A stretch of 64,000 nt of DNA from Sphaerodactylus townsendi (GCF_021028975.2 NC_059427.1:68572001-68636000), one strand, 5' to 3'; counted from the first letter of the stretch, positions 49,740-62,867 are shown. Notes: generated by a model not told the origin, from the sequence alone. Program-made: numbers and translations.

Positions 49740-51929
49740 AGACCCTTCATTTTCCTAATTTGCATGCTTCTGCCTACATAAACGACAGTCCAGAGTGGCC
49801 CCCTGTCTGTGCAGAAGAAGTGCGTGATAGATGATAGCAAATTAAAAAGGACCACAAGGGCTCCAGGACCCGACGGGACTTCCCCCCAGAGTTATTTAAG
49901 AACTTTGTTGACTGGTGGTCCCCGGTACTAGCGGCGTACATCCGTTAATCAAACAGCTCTTGTACCATCAGATTGGACCCATGCGATTATAATTCCTGTC
50001 TTCAAAAAAGGGAGATTTTTTTGCTCCCTTCAATTTACCGTCGATTAGGTTTGTTATTGTCCATCACTGGCAAGGTATATACCTTCTGAAATATTTGCAC
50101 AAACTAAACTCTCTTCATGGATTTACAGAAAACAAAATCATTTGGCCCAAGAACAAATAGGATTTCAACATGGGAAATCTACTTTCTTAGATCATTGTTT
50201 GATGCCTTAGGACTTCTCATCACAAAATACACCAGAGGAAGCAATCATCCCTGTTTGTGGCCTTTTTTTTGTGGACTTAAAGGGGGCATTTGACTCTGTC
50301 CATACCAAGAAGATCTACTGTGGAGAAAACATTGTTAATCTAGGAATTGACAGAAGGCTACTTACACTAGTAATGGCCTTACATCATGGTACACTACCTG
50401 TCCAAGTCAAATGCTCTCCCTGATGGTATACTTAGTCCTTATATACCAATTAACAGGGGTGTCAAACAGGGGGGGGTGTGTTTTGGCCCCAACCCTATTT
50501 TAATCTTTTTTTAAAGTGATCTGGCTTCCTTTTTTTTTTTTGATGGAGGATTCCTCGCACTGCCCTGCTTTGGAATCGCCATGATGACCATACGCTTTAC
50601 TTTTGTATGCTGATGGCTATATATTACTCTCATTACAAAAGCTGGCTTGAAGCGGCTTACTGGCAGCTGTGTTGAATATTGTAGTCATAATAACCTGACA
50701 CTTAATTTTGCAAAGTCCAAAATAATGGTTTTTGCTTGTTCTTTTTAACCATTTAGTTGGCCAATAAATAATGAACAGCTTGAACAGGATCAAAGAGCAT
50801 TTTAAATACCTGGAGTCTCCACTTCAAGTATAACTCCTCTTGGGTTACCCAAAGGAAATTGGCCACTGAATCAAGCAAACTTGGTTGCAAGAGCCATTAG
50901 CAGCTATTTTCGCACCAAAGGTCATGAATTTGTACACTGCACAGCCATTAAGGCATTATTAATGCTAAAATCACCATGCAATTACTATCACGGAATCCCA
51001 CTGTGGATTACAAGCATGGAGCTGCGATATGTCGGAAAGAGTTCAGTCATGCTTTCTCTATAGTATACTTTCGACTTACCTCACTCCAGTCCCATATGCT
51101 CGCGGTCTGTTTGGAGGTGGAGCCAACATCTACTCCATACTACAAGAGCATGGTGCACTTGAGCCTTCCAATTCTAGCGGATCACGATTGTGCTTTAACA
51201 ACTTTGTCACAAAAGCTTTACCCTCTGGAAGTCTTTCTTTCCTTAGCCAAAACCCGAAGGTGGTGGGTCGCTTTGTTGGGCCCGAAAATCCATCAGGAAA
51301 TGGGTCTATCCTTGGATGCATTGGTTTTTTAATGAGATGCCAAACTGAGCTAAAGCTGACGCTATCAAAAGAGATTGTATGATCTCGAGTATAGTCACCA
51401 CTGATGCAGCATGAGCTAATGGCAGCTGCTCTCCCTTGCGCTTGGGTATACCATTAAAACCCTATACCATGGCCAAGTTATTTCCATTTTGAAGTCTTAG
51501 AGACCCAGAATTGCGGCGAGGCCCTGACCCTTGCCAGGTGCAATATTATCCCACTTCAGCTACCACTCAGGGCCAGAGATACAGAAAGTGCCTTTTAACT
51601 GAACTGGAATTTTTTGTCCCTGCAGTTCAGCTTACGAAGAATCAATCCAACACGTGATATTACACTGCCCGTTACACAGTTTAGCCAGGAATAAATATCT
51701 AAACCCGTGGTTAAAACCCCCCATTGATAATATTAATCTATCAATTGTGGTAACGATGTTGGATTGTGGTTCTGCAAGTGTATTGGAAGCGCTGGCTAAC
51801 TTTTTGTGCTCTGTCATCAGCAAACGGTTATAACTGTACTGGAGATTGTATCATTACACTGAGGTCGCCATTTTTCTGGTATATTGCTGCTGTTTTAATT
51901 ATGCCATTAAAGGTTTATATATATATATA
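49740..51929 (+). mobile_element. 5'-truncated RTE-X-like LINE with many frameshifts
   Basis: DWTHAIIIPVFKKG, VDLKGAFDSV, GVKQG..LAPTLF, LLLYADG, FKYLG; C-terminal CPC...ESIQHVILHCP knuckle; (TA)n tail; 12-bp TSD tagctggttgtt. Confidence 0.8.
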
Positions 51930-52170
51930 TAGCTGGTTGTTGGACTTTCATTACAATTCGAGCCTCACCCAGAGCCTATGTATCGGCATAGTATTCGTGC
52001 GGATCCCAGCAGGGCTGCCTTCTGAATTTGACAGGTGTTAATTTTGTCAATTCGAAGATGTTTTAAGTGCTGCCCTAGTGTTTTCAGAATGACGCCCAGT
52101 GTGCCGATTACTACTGGCATGGCTTCAGCATCTATGGCACAAACCAGCTGAGGTCGTTCCAGTGATAATC
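51930..52170 (-). mobile_element. R4/Dong fragment, continuation of 49681-49739 split by the RTE-X-like LINE
   Basis: MPVVIGTLGVILKTLGQHLKHLRIDKINTCQIQKAALLGSARILCRY; UTR joins seamlessly to 49701-49739. Confidence 0.85.
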
Positions 52171-52817
52171 TGCACACTGGGCAGCACTTAAAACATTTTC
52201 GAATTGTCAAAATTAACATCTGTTAAATTCAGAAGGCAGATTATTATTATTATTATTATTTCTCTGCAGTTTACACTTTTGGTGCCTGTAGTCTTGCATT
52301 AATGGAAGCCTTTTCTAGATGACCCAGAAGTACAAAGTGCAAAATCCGTATGATCCTGGAGAAACAGTTCATTGGCAGGGTTGTTTACTGACTTGTCAAT
52401 GACTGATTAAAATCACCTGTTCTCCTTTCTACTGAATCTCTCCAAAGTGGTTGGAAGGAGTGGGATTTTGTTGGCATTCATCCTCAAATCTTTGGAAGAT
52501 TGGTTCACCTAACAAAGACCAAAAAACAAAACAAAACCCTGTAAATTTTGGATTCACTAGAAATTGTAGTTTTCTTTATCTCCCCCTCCCCCCATCAAAA
52601 AAAAAATTCTGTTTTCCTTTCCTCAGCATCCCTTCATTCACCTATTTCTCTTGGATTAGAAAATCTTTGTGATGATTCTGTGTGATCCCTCTGTCTGTCA
52701 GCTGTCTCCACAGCTGTACAGTTCAACCTATCACTGCTCAGAAGGCAAGGAGCAGCCACACATAAACATTTAATCCTTAGATGGTGTAAACTTTATATGG
52801 GAGTAGATGATCTAAGG

Positions 52818-52943
52818 CAGTGGTGGCGAACCTTTGGCACTCCAGATGTTATGGACTACAATTCCCATCAGCCCGTGCCAGCATGGCCAATATGAATCCA
52901 TAACTTTCTGATAAGTGTAGTCCAAGAAGTCCGCCAGTCCTAT
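52818..52943. mobile_element. URR1-like hAT MITE with damaged right half
   Basis: cagtggtggcgaacctttggcactccagatgtt...actacaattcccatcagccc; flanks atctaagg / gtctaagg. Confidence 0.65.
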
Positions 52944-54487
52944 GTCTAAGGGAACAAAGTATTATGTAGAAGAATACATAGGCCTTACTACATGCATGTA
53001 CCCAGAATAACAGCTCAAATGTCCTTATACCAGCACTCAGAATGAGAATGCATTTTCAGACAAAATATTAGATTAATGTGACAGAATCACTTCATTGTTG
53101 ACTTCATAGCTGGGGGAAAATGAAAATTAGACATGATCATGAATCTACCAGGGGAAATTATGGCAGAAAACATGTAGATGCTCTAAGATGCATTGTTTCT
53201 GTGTACATTCATAATAATGGACTTTCAGGAACAAAACTCATAATTTACTTGATAGATTGTCTGAGCATTTTTGTGTATACTATTAATTGAGAATTGTAAA
53301 TCTAGTCAGATATCAAGCAGATCAAACAGCCTATGCCTTCCAGTTATTGCAAGGCTGTTCCCAAGGACAGGAAGCTCTCCACTTTGTCCAGTACATTTTT
53401 CAGTGTCTCGAGTGATAGGGGCATCCGTGGGTTCCTCCAGGGGACAGTTCTTCTCATCTCACTGTTGCTGCGTGTTCACTAAAATGCACATATGTTGTAT
53501 GGGTTTGGATAAGATTCTTTTCCCAGCATTCTTCCATCACCCTTGGCTATAATACCTTACAGTCTTGCTTAACTGTTCTGTGACATAACACTATATTGAA
53601 CTTGGTGAAGCTTAACAGCATCAGCATACAGTTTAGCATACCTATCCTAGTAGGGGTTATTATGGGTTTGCTCTTTGTATAAATAAGATAGTATATGCAA
53701 ATGCAGGCATGCATGTGTGCAGTGGTGTTTCTGTCTGATACTGTCAGGACTGAACTCACACTGTTGATCATGCTGAAACCATAGTCCATATCTTGTTTTG
53801 GGAAAGGACAGGCTATGTGATTTATGTATTTATTTGGAGAATACATTTTCCTTACTTTGTCCTGGCTACAGTCACGAAGTGACCACAATGAGAACACTGT
53901 GAACATTAAAAGAAAATGTTGGTTGCTTAGTCCTTTCACTTGCATTCAATAAATTGATTTTCCTCTCCAACGCAGGTTTGGGGAGGGTAGTTGTTTGGGG
54001 TTTTGTTGTTGCTGCTGCTCTACTATAGTTTAATTCCATTTAACTGCTTCTGTAGGTGCACTGATAGGAAATGCATAAAGCATCCCAGCTGGGTCTTTTA
54101 AATGCATTCCGTAAAGAGCAATTACACCAGGTCTGTCTGTGTAGATGTGACACAAAAACATGGGTAGCACTTCTGTACTCAAAACTGCTTTGTGGTTTGT
54201 AGAACTCAGCTCCTACTGTTCCACATTGTGGTGGCTGAATTTTGTTTCTGAATTTAGTGCAGTACCTCTCTTTAGAGGACAATTGATTTCCCCCCTACTC
54301 CTCATGTGATTTTTCCCAGACAACTATTTAGTAGCTTGGATATAAGTACTTGAATAAACTTCTGTCTGGAGCTTACGATTCAATTCTTTACAGCAATTAA
54401 TTGACAACTTCCCCTATGCCACCCTGCTGGTGAAAACTTTCCAGCAGATTGTGCCCATAAAGAGGTATGTGCATACACACTCTGTTG

Positions 54488-55545
54488 TCATAGAATCATA
54501 CATTTATAGAGTTGGGAGAGACCACAAAAGCCATCAAGCCCATCCAGCCTCTGTTTAAAAACCTCCGAAGAAGGAGAGTCCATCACTCTCCAAGAGAGTG
54601 TATTCCACTGTCGAACAGCCCCAGCAGTCAGGAAGTTCTTCCTAATGTTTAGGTGGAATCTCTTTTCCTGCACCTTGAATCCATTATTCCTTGTCCTAGT
54701 CTCTGGAGCAGCAGAAAACAAGCTTGCTCCCTCTTCAACATGACATCCCTTCAAATACTATGTCATCCCCTAACCTGCTCTTCTCCAAACTAAACATACC
54801 CAATTCTTTAAGCCATTCCTCATAGGGCATGGAATCCAGAACTTTGATCATTTTGGTTGCTCTCCTCTGGATCTGTTCCACTTTGTCAATATCCTTCTTG
54901 AATTGTGGTGTCCAGAACTGGACATGGTATTCAGGGGAGATCTGACCAATGCAAAATAAAATGGTACTATTATATCCCTCAGTCTAGATACTATACTCTT
55001 ATTGATGCAGCCCAGAATTGCATTGGTTTTCTTGGCTGCTGCATCACACTGCAGACTTACGTTCAGTTTGTGGTCTACTAAGATTTCCAGATCCCTTTCA
55101 CATGTACTGTCAAGCCAGGTGTTGCCCATGTTATATCTGTGCATTTCATTTTTTGCTGCCTAAGTGCAGAAATTCATGTTGTTAGTTTTGGCTCAGCTCT
55201 CTGTCCTCTGGGGTATTAGCTACTCCTCCTAATTTGATGTCATCTGCAAATTTGATTAACATGTCCTCTATTCCATCATCCAAGTCATTGATAAAAATAT
55301 TGAATAGCGCTGGGCCCAGGACAGGACCCTGTGGCACCCCACTAATCACTTCTTTCCAAGATGAAGATAAGCCATTGGTGAGAATTTTGAAAATAAGCCA
55401 CTGGTGAGCACCCTTGGGGTTCTGTCAGTCAACCAATTACAAATTCATCTAACAGTAGCATTGTCTAGCCCACATTTTACTAGCTTGCTTGCAAGAATGT
55501 CATGGGGGATCTTGTCAAAGGCCTTACTGAAGTCAAGAATGCTAC
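54488..55545 (-). mobile_element. CR1 3' fragment (RT C-terminal region and tail)
   Basis: LDFSKAFDKIPH, CERDLEILVDHKLNVSLQCDAAAKK, FHLNIRKNFLT...VRQWN; tail catagaatcata. Confidence 0.93.
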
Positions 55546-55554
55546 ATCCACAGA

Positions 55555-55810
55555 GGGGTGCAGTGTGGTTTCCGGGCTGTATGGCCGTGTTCTCTCCTGA
55601 CGTTTCACCTGCATCTGTGGCTGGCATCTTCAGAGGATCTGATAGTTGGAAAGGAAAGCAAGTGGAGTATATATACCTGTGAGTGAAGGTCAATAGGTGA
55701 GGGCATCTGAATAGGAGTGGCCTGGCAACTGAGTAACAATGAAGTGTAGCATGTGAGTAACAATGGAGATAGCAAGGTCAATAAGTGAGGCATCTGAATA
55801 GAAGCCTTTC
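55555..55810 (-). mobile_element. Penelope-like element 3' region abutting the CR1 5' break
   Basis: Near-identical to 36090-36350; gaagcctt resembles the inverted-tail remnant. Confidence 0.88.
55595..55637 (-). ncRNA. Minimal type I hammerhead ribozyme motif (best-preserved copy)
   Basis: Reverse complement tcct CTGAAGA t gcc agccacagatgca ggt GAAAC GTC agga: stem I, intact core, stem II closed by G-U, palindromic ACGU stem III, GUC cleavage triplet. Confidence 0.75.
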
Positions 55811-57211
55811 AGGAGGAGCTTTCCCCTTTCAGATATCTAGAGATGAAGAGGGCATATTGCCTGGCATGAATTATACCATAAGCAAATGCTGTCCAGAGAG
55901 CAGATAATGTATGAGCTTTCCAACTGATAATCACATTTGGAATTTTCTGCATTTTGAAAGAACTGTGAAAAGAATCTGCACATGGTCAGTTAAAATTCTG
56001 AAGTGTTTTTGTGATGGATCAAGGGATTTGGAAAAAGTTGGTGGATTTTGAAATCAATCAGCTTTGACTCCTAAGTAATTCTGTACAAATAAAAGATTGA
56101 CATGTGTGATATGTAAATTTATATCAACCATAACATGATATCATGAGGTTCATGACTATAAATTCCAAATAATTGTGAGACAATTATGTTACTTTGTAGG
56201 GACTACGTCCCTGCGCAGAAGGTTAATGTAGCTGAAGTCATTGATAGAAACTGTAATGTAACAGTGAGTTCTGAATTAGTACTATGAAGGACAAAGCAAC
56301 GTTTTCCACTATGAATAACACTCCTTATGTGCTGTTCCTTGTTTCATGTCGATGCTAATTGTACCATTACTTAAAACATTTAAAGGAGTATTGGTATTGT
56401 GAAAGTACTTTAAAAATATCCACTCCTTATATCATGCAGGCAGAGATGGCTTAACAGTGGTGTCATAACTTTTCATGTAATTTTTGTGCTAATTTTTGTT
56501 CATGTTTGAATTCTTATTCTCAATGCAATGCAGAGATTATCAATCCTTTGATGGGTCATTAACAAAACTTTTTGTAATTACGATACCCCACCATAAGTGC
56601 TTCCTAGCTCCTGGAAAAGCAATGCATGTATAATCTGGGCAGAGTGGCAAATCCACCTGCACATGGCTGACCCAATGGGATGCTGCACTTAATGCTGTGC
56701 CAGCACCTCTTCACCCCTACTGCCAGCATAGTGAGGGCATTCCGGCAGTGTGGCCAATGCTAGTCAGCTTCCTGCTAGCCATTGCCCTTGTTGCTCTGGC
56801 GGCTGGGGCTTTGGACTTACACCACATTTTCAGTGACATAAGTTCATTAAGTCCCAATGGGGGCTTTCCAGTAGTGGGGAAGTTTGTTTGCACTATTTAG
56901 CCTCCCCATGCCACCAGAAAGCCCCCTTCGGAGCAGAATCTGGTGTGGCTGCATCACCACATCTGAGTGCCCTGCGGTTTGGATGAGGCTGCCCATTTGG
57001 TATTGTAAGCAATAAGGAATGCCATTAGGGCGTGGGGGCCAAAGACTGCCGTAAGTGCAAGACATTGTTCCCCACAAAGTAGATGCCCCTCAGAGAATTT
57101 TGGGATCTATCTTGTGTGTCAAGCCCAGGCAGGAAGGCAGTTGGTTGCTTAACTTTTGCCCTGGCCCTAAAATGTGCCTAGCTGAACAATGGGGCTACCT
57201 AATCTCTGCTG

Positions 57212-57885
57212 TGTCACCCAAAGGTGATTTAACCAGCACTTCAAGCAGACCATTATACTATCTGTACCCACCCTAACAACCAATCAGTATGCAAGAGAAT
57301 AGCCCAGACGTTCTCTTGGGTCCTGATGACTCATCAAGCCTCCCCTATCTTTTTGTTGGAACTCTGGAAAAGCCATCAATTCTCTGGCTTACTTCAGACC
57401 ACTTCAGACCACCTTACTTTTGAGGTGTGTGGGTGGGTCCTTTGCCATACACTGTGTGTGTGCCCATTCTCTGAATCTGTACATTAATAAATAAATAAAA
57501 TAAATAAATACATGCATCCCTATTTGTGTGTGTGGTCTTTCATTTGCTCTAGGAAAAGTTGGTTATTTTCCTCTTCAGCACAGTTTTCCCTGGACATCCC
57601 TTCAAGACTGGTAACTATCACTGATCCCTGAAACCTTATCCAATCACCTCCCTTTTCTCAGTCAGCTCCAGTATGCTTTGTGTTCATATATTCATTTCTT
57701 AAGAGATATTTCTGGTTTTGCTATCTTTATTCTTTAATAAAAACCAATTTTAATTAGACAACCAGCTGCTCATTTGAGAGTTTCCTCTGGGTATACACCG
57801 GTTATCAATCCCAGTTACCCTCTCTCACTCTCTCTCTCCAGCTAACTCCCCTAGCTAAAGTGGAGACTACCTATTTAGGGTAACA
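57212..57885 (+). mobile_element. Solo-LTR-like element
   Basis: Short inverted ends tgtcaccc / gggtaaca; AATAAA near 57736; TSD not evident. Confidence 0.6.
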
Positions 57886-59724
57886 GTATCTGATACCAAA
57901 GCCCAAAGACTAGCACCTATGAACAGATAGATTCAAATGCATCTGATGCATTTAGCAGGCTGGATCTCCAGTGCTGATCACCCCAATATCTTCTACTGGA
58001 AATAAATAGTAATGTATCCTGGTCTAACCTCATTACTATTGCTCAGAAGGCATCATTGGCACCCACAGTGATGAAAGGCCACTCCTCCATTTGTCTAACT
58101 GTTGTTTGTTAATGCGGTCTTTTGAAGCCTGGTGGTAATAACAGGCTGTCAGCTCAAATGATAATTTTCAGAGTTCATTCAAGATAGATGACAACTGCCA
58201 GAATAACCAAGAATTGCTAATTTGAAACACACAAGCATGACATGCAAATGGCAACTCATCCATGGACATTTTAACCAGGGAGATCAATGTCTAGCTGGCC
58301 TGGTTTTACCTTCAAAGCACATAATAGTGTTCATTGTATTTAAGAGCTTTTAGATTCTTAATTCACTCTGTTACTTGATTATCAAAATATGATGTTTTCC
58401 ACTTTTTAATTGTTTTTTTTCAAAAAAGAAGGGAGAGGGCAAACAATTTGTTCCATACATCTTAATATGAGGTAATGAGTTTTAGTCTAGTGAGATCCAC
58501 TCAGAGGTATTGACTGTTCATTTTCCCAAAATGCAGGCTCTATGAATCATTTTTTAAAAAGAAACTGTTCCCCTGAGTACTAAGTAAAATTGATTTTTAA
58601 GTGAAAGTATCTCTTATAATTGCAGTTGAAATATCTTGTGGTTAGTCTAATGGATTTTGAACCGTGACAAGTCCTACCTGATGATCACAACTTGAGCACC
58701 ACAGATTATTTTAATGTGATTTAGGGAGAACGGTCGGATTGAACAATTTAGGTTTTTCTTTGTATTTTTCTTCTGAGTAAGGAGATAAGACTGGAGAAAT
58801 GTCCCAAATGCTGACTAGCTCTCTTTACCCATTTTCTTGAACCTACTCCAGGTGCTGAGTGCTCTACAGGCCTAACACGTTACGTCCCTCCCTTCTTCTT
58901 GATAAACTCTATTAACCTCATGCAGGTGAACTGAGCTTTTCTCACACACATCTTGATGCATGGTATTTCAGAAGTCAGTTTAATGTATGGTATTGTGCCA
59001 GGTACTACAGCTTTGCAACAGGAGAAAGAACAAACCTGGCAAAAGAAGTGGTACTTGTGGCTTACTGTGATTATGTCTAATGTCCAGTTTTGTGAGGATT
59101 TATAGCAGATTTCAGACTTAATGGCAGAACTTGTCTGTACTTTTAAAAAATGTATTTATTTGTAGCCCATATTCAAGACTTAATGGAGCCAGATAACAGG
59201 GAAGCTGTTTCCAGGGGAAACCTGCAGGTTGGCAGAAAAATTCCAAAAGTTAAAAATGCGGGTTAACCCCCAACCAAAAGTACACTTCTGTACAAATTGC
59301 AGCTTCAAAAAATGCTGATTGAGATCTCACAAGATTTTGGTTGGCATTGTGGGATTCTCTAGCTGTGCCATACAACCGGGACTTTTTTAAAAGTAAAGAA
59401 CAGCCATGGGGAGGAGTGAAAGTTGCAGCAGCTGGGTTGCAAAGACAGCAAACAAGAAGATGGGGATGGCGGTGACCATGAGAAGGTGGGAGAAAAGCAG
59501 GGGTGTGAAGAAGGGGGGGGGTCAAGAAAGTGGAGAGGAAATGGGGCTGGTAGCAGATGGAATACATGCTCTCCCATGAGTCCGCTCTGTTCGCACTTTG
59601 TTTTTATCTGACAGCCATGTTTGTTTTTGCAAATAGATAAATGTGTGATATGGTGAAAGCTGAGCACTGCACCATTTTAATGTGATTTCCATCCCCAAGT
59701 TAAAGAGAACAAAGGTGAAAGGAA

Positions 59725-59945
59725 CATTATTTATTACCTCCATTTATACTCTGCCTTTCTCCCCACTGGGAGCTGAAAGTGGCTTACCATTCTCTTTTAT
59801 CCTCACAAACAACCATATGAGGCAGGTTAGGTTAAAAGTATGTGACCAGCCAGGATCACTCAGCAAACTTCCATGGCACATTGAGGATTCTAACTTAGAC
59901 CTTTCAGATCCTAACCCAACACTCTAGTCTCCACAACTGCACTGA
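59725..59945 (-). mobile_element. Old MIR/Squam3-like SINE
   Basis: atcctcacaaacaaccatatgaggcaggttagg...tgtgaccagccaggatcactcagc. Confidence 0.65.
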
Positions 59946-61206
59946 CTTTCATTTGACCCATGGCAGAAATGAATTCTCTGTTCCCCAAAGCAGGTGGGCT
60001 TTGTAGAAAAGCAGGACAATGTCTTTTGTTAGAATATGTCAGTTTAAAAATCTTTCTAGCAACCTACTTCCCGAAAAGAAAAGAAATAAAGAGTAATTGG
60101 AGGGGGGGGATTGTCCACAAATACCAAGAAGGGTAATGAAAATCATTTGCAGGGCCTGCCCACCCATAATAAATGAAATGTGCCAGGAGGAGGTTGAGGA
60201 AGAAGTAGTGAGAAACAGGAAGGAGGGGAGAGCCTGAAACATGCAGGGTGTGGATGACATACAAATAGCCGCAGCACATATGCACTAACTCCCTTATAGT
60301 TAAAGTAATGACTGTAATAAACAAAGAATCAAGTGTGGTCAGAAGGAACAGGGAGCAAGATTAGCACTTGTCAATAAGAGAAGTTGCCACTCAGTGGCTG
60401 AACATGAATAAAAGGCTTCTCTGGACATTACTTTCTGCTTCTGCTCTGTAGGACATTACAGCCCAACAGTTAGAAGCAGTACACCGCAGGTCAAAGAGCA
60501 TTCATCACCTTTAAGTACACTGTAATGAGAGCTCAGGAACAGGAGCCATCCCTAAGCTTTTAGTTCACAGCCAGCTCCTATATACATCTTTGGCAGGACT
60601 CTCATTAGAAGGCAGGATTACAGCCATAAGGCAATAGAGTGGGATGGAGTGGGGAAAGCATTATATTTTATTAGCACCACTCTGCATACTCTTTGCTAAG
60701 TAAATTTTGGCCTACATCATCTGTTCTCCAAATCAGAAGCAAATCTGCATAGAGATTTGGGTAGTATCCTGGGAAGCAAGTTTGTATCCCACTAGTATGC
60801 CCTTTGTCTGGGTGAGGGGGCATAATGCCAATCTCTCTCTCTTGCAGTGTAACAATACAGGCAACACAACTGTCTCTTTTCTGTGCTGGAGACCAAAGGA
60901 ATAAGTTTGGATGGTTTCATCCTTATGGCTTTACCATCCTTGTCATGAGCATCATTTCACATTTCAGTATTAGAGGATGGGAGAGCGGGAATTGAGATTC
61001 AGGAAGGTTTTGGACATATTGAATATTGAAGGATAAATTTCATGGGGATGGAGGAGCTATGCCTTGTATCCAACCATGCAGTTACTCCAATAACATTTCC
61101 ATTTCTGGAAGAGGGAGCAGTTATTTTCACACTGCTAATATCCCACACTGCTAATATCCCAGTAATAAAATTTCAGGGCCCTTCATGGCCCATCCAGGCT
61201 TGGCTA

Positions 61207-61824
61207 TGTTAGGGGACCCTGAATACTCTTCAGATGAGGAATTAGAGTAGACACTGGCATCACACCCTTTTCTTAGCCACCAACAGAGGCATCAGAGGAG
61301 GATGAGTCAGTCCATGCTGGACCAGACTCAGAGCTGCAGCCAGACACAAGCACAGAAGCCCCTCAGCTCCCCAGCACCAGACCAAATGCAGAGGACCCAA
61401 CACTGGCATGTCCTCCTTCCACTTCTCCTGAGCCCCACAAGTAGCCCAGGAGAAGGCTACACAGTGACTTGTGTGAGATGAGATGCAGCCTCAGCTATGA
61501 CGGGGGAGTACTTTCAGGAGCAGGTCTGATGCATGAGCCAGGTGCACAGAATTTCTGGCTGCTAAGTCAGTGTCTGAGAGAAGAGATGTTGTGTGGCTGA
61601 GAGAAGAGATGTTGTACGGTAGCAACAACTCTACTACGTGCCAGTACTTTGCTGTGGCGAATGCAAAGTCTTTCAACGTGATCTTTGTTATGCTATGGTT
61701 TCTGCATGCTGTCTATGGTTTATGCATGCTGTCTCCTGGTCTGACCTTGACTGGTGTGCTTCACAGGGCCTCGGTGCAAAGTTGGAGTCCCATCCTGCAA
61801 AGTCAGGGAATGGTTGGATGCACA
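61207..61824 (+). mobile_element. Gypsy-type solo-LTR-like sequence
   Basis: TGTTAGG...GCACA ends and U3/U5-like composition; no TSD found. Confidence 0.45.
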
Positions 61825-62273
61825 CCATTGTATTTTATGAGCATTTGTTTTATAGCCCACTAAAACTATAGCAACATTAGTGACACAGAAAATTATGGAA
61901 GGGATTTGTGTTTCTGACATCAACTTCAGTACATAGGCTTGTGGGGGTCCTCCTTCCACTGTTCTGTGGCTTTCTTCTCCATCATGATTGTTCCTACTGA
62001 GAGAAGGCCCATTAGGCCTCAGTGGAGAGGGAAGGAGGTTACAATACCAGCATTCCACTCCTACCTACTAACCTTTGCTCCCAAATACTCTGAGCAGGAT
62101 CAGCTACAACATGCTCTGAGCTACTCTGAGGTCTGTTTTGGTGGCGGGAGGGAGGAATAGAAATATAATAAACATCCCTGGCCTGCTTCTGGGCCCTCTT
62201 TAAATAACCTGTGAGATGTCAACCCCTCTTGACTGTTTCTACCCCACTCATGTAACCTGAAAGTCTTGTGGAT

Positions 62274-62558
62274 TGGAGGAGGAGTTTGGATTTATATCTC
62301 CCCTTTCTCTCCTGTAGGAGACTCAAAGGAGCTTACAATTTCCTTGCCCTTTCCCCCTCACAACAAACACCCTGTGAGGTAGGTGGGGCTGAGAGAGCTC
62401 CGAGAAGCTGTGACTAGCCCAGCTGGCGTGTGTGGGAGTGTACAGGCTAATCTGAATTCCCCAGATAAACCTCCACAGCTCAGGTGGCAGAGCGGGGAAT
62501 CAAACCTGGTACCTCCAGGTTAGATACACGAGCTTTTAACCTCCTACACCACTGCTGC
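62274..62558 (-). mobile_element. tRNA-CORE SINE (same subfamily as 17157-17445)
   Basis: Reverse complement is colinear with 17157-17445; (CTC)n tail. Confidence 0.85.
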
Positions 62559-62867
62559 AATGTGAGGAAAGCTCACATTGGCCTTGGTTAGGTACTCCCA
62601 CCTTCATCCATCTAGCACCTTTTCCACCAAAAGATCTAAGTGTGGTTAGTCACGGTGCAGTGAAAATAAAAGTAATGTGCTTCCACATGTGAAAATAGTT
62701 CTGAATGTCTATCAGCACTAAAGAGGTAGTTTTGCAAAAAAAAAAAAGAGAGGAGGGTCTGTTGGAGTCAGGATGCAGGAGGTCACAGGAGAGGACACCA
62801 GGGGGAGGAAGAGGCAAAGGAGGAAGAGCGGGGAAGGTACAGTATATAGCACCTGCATGATCTCAGG

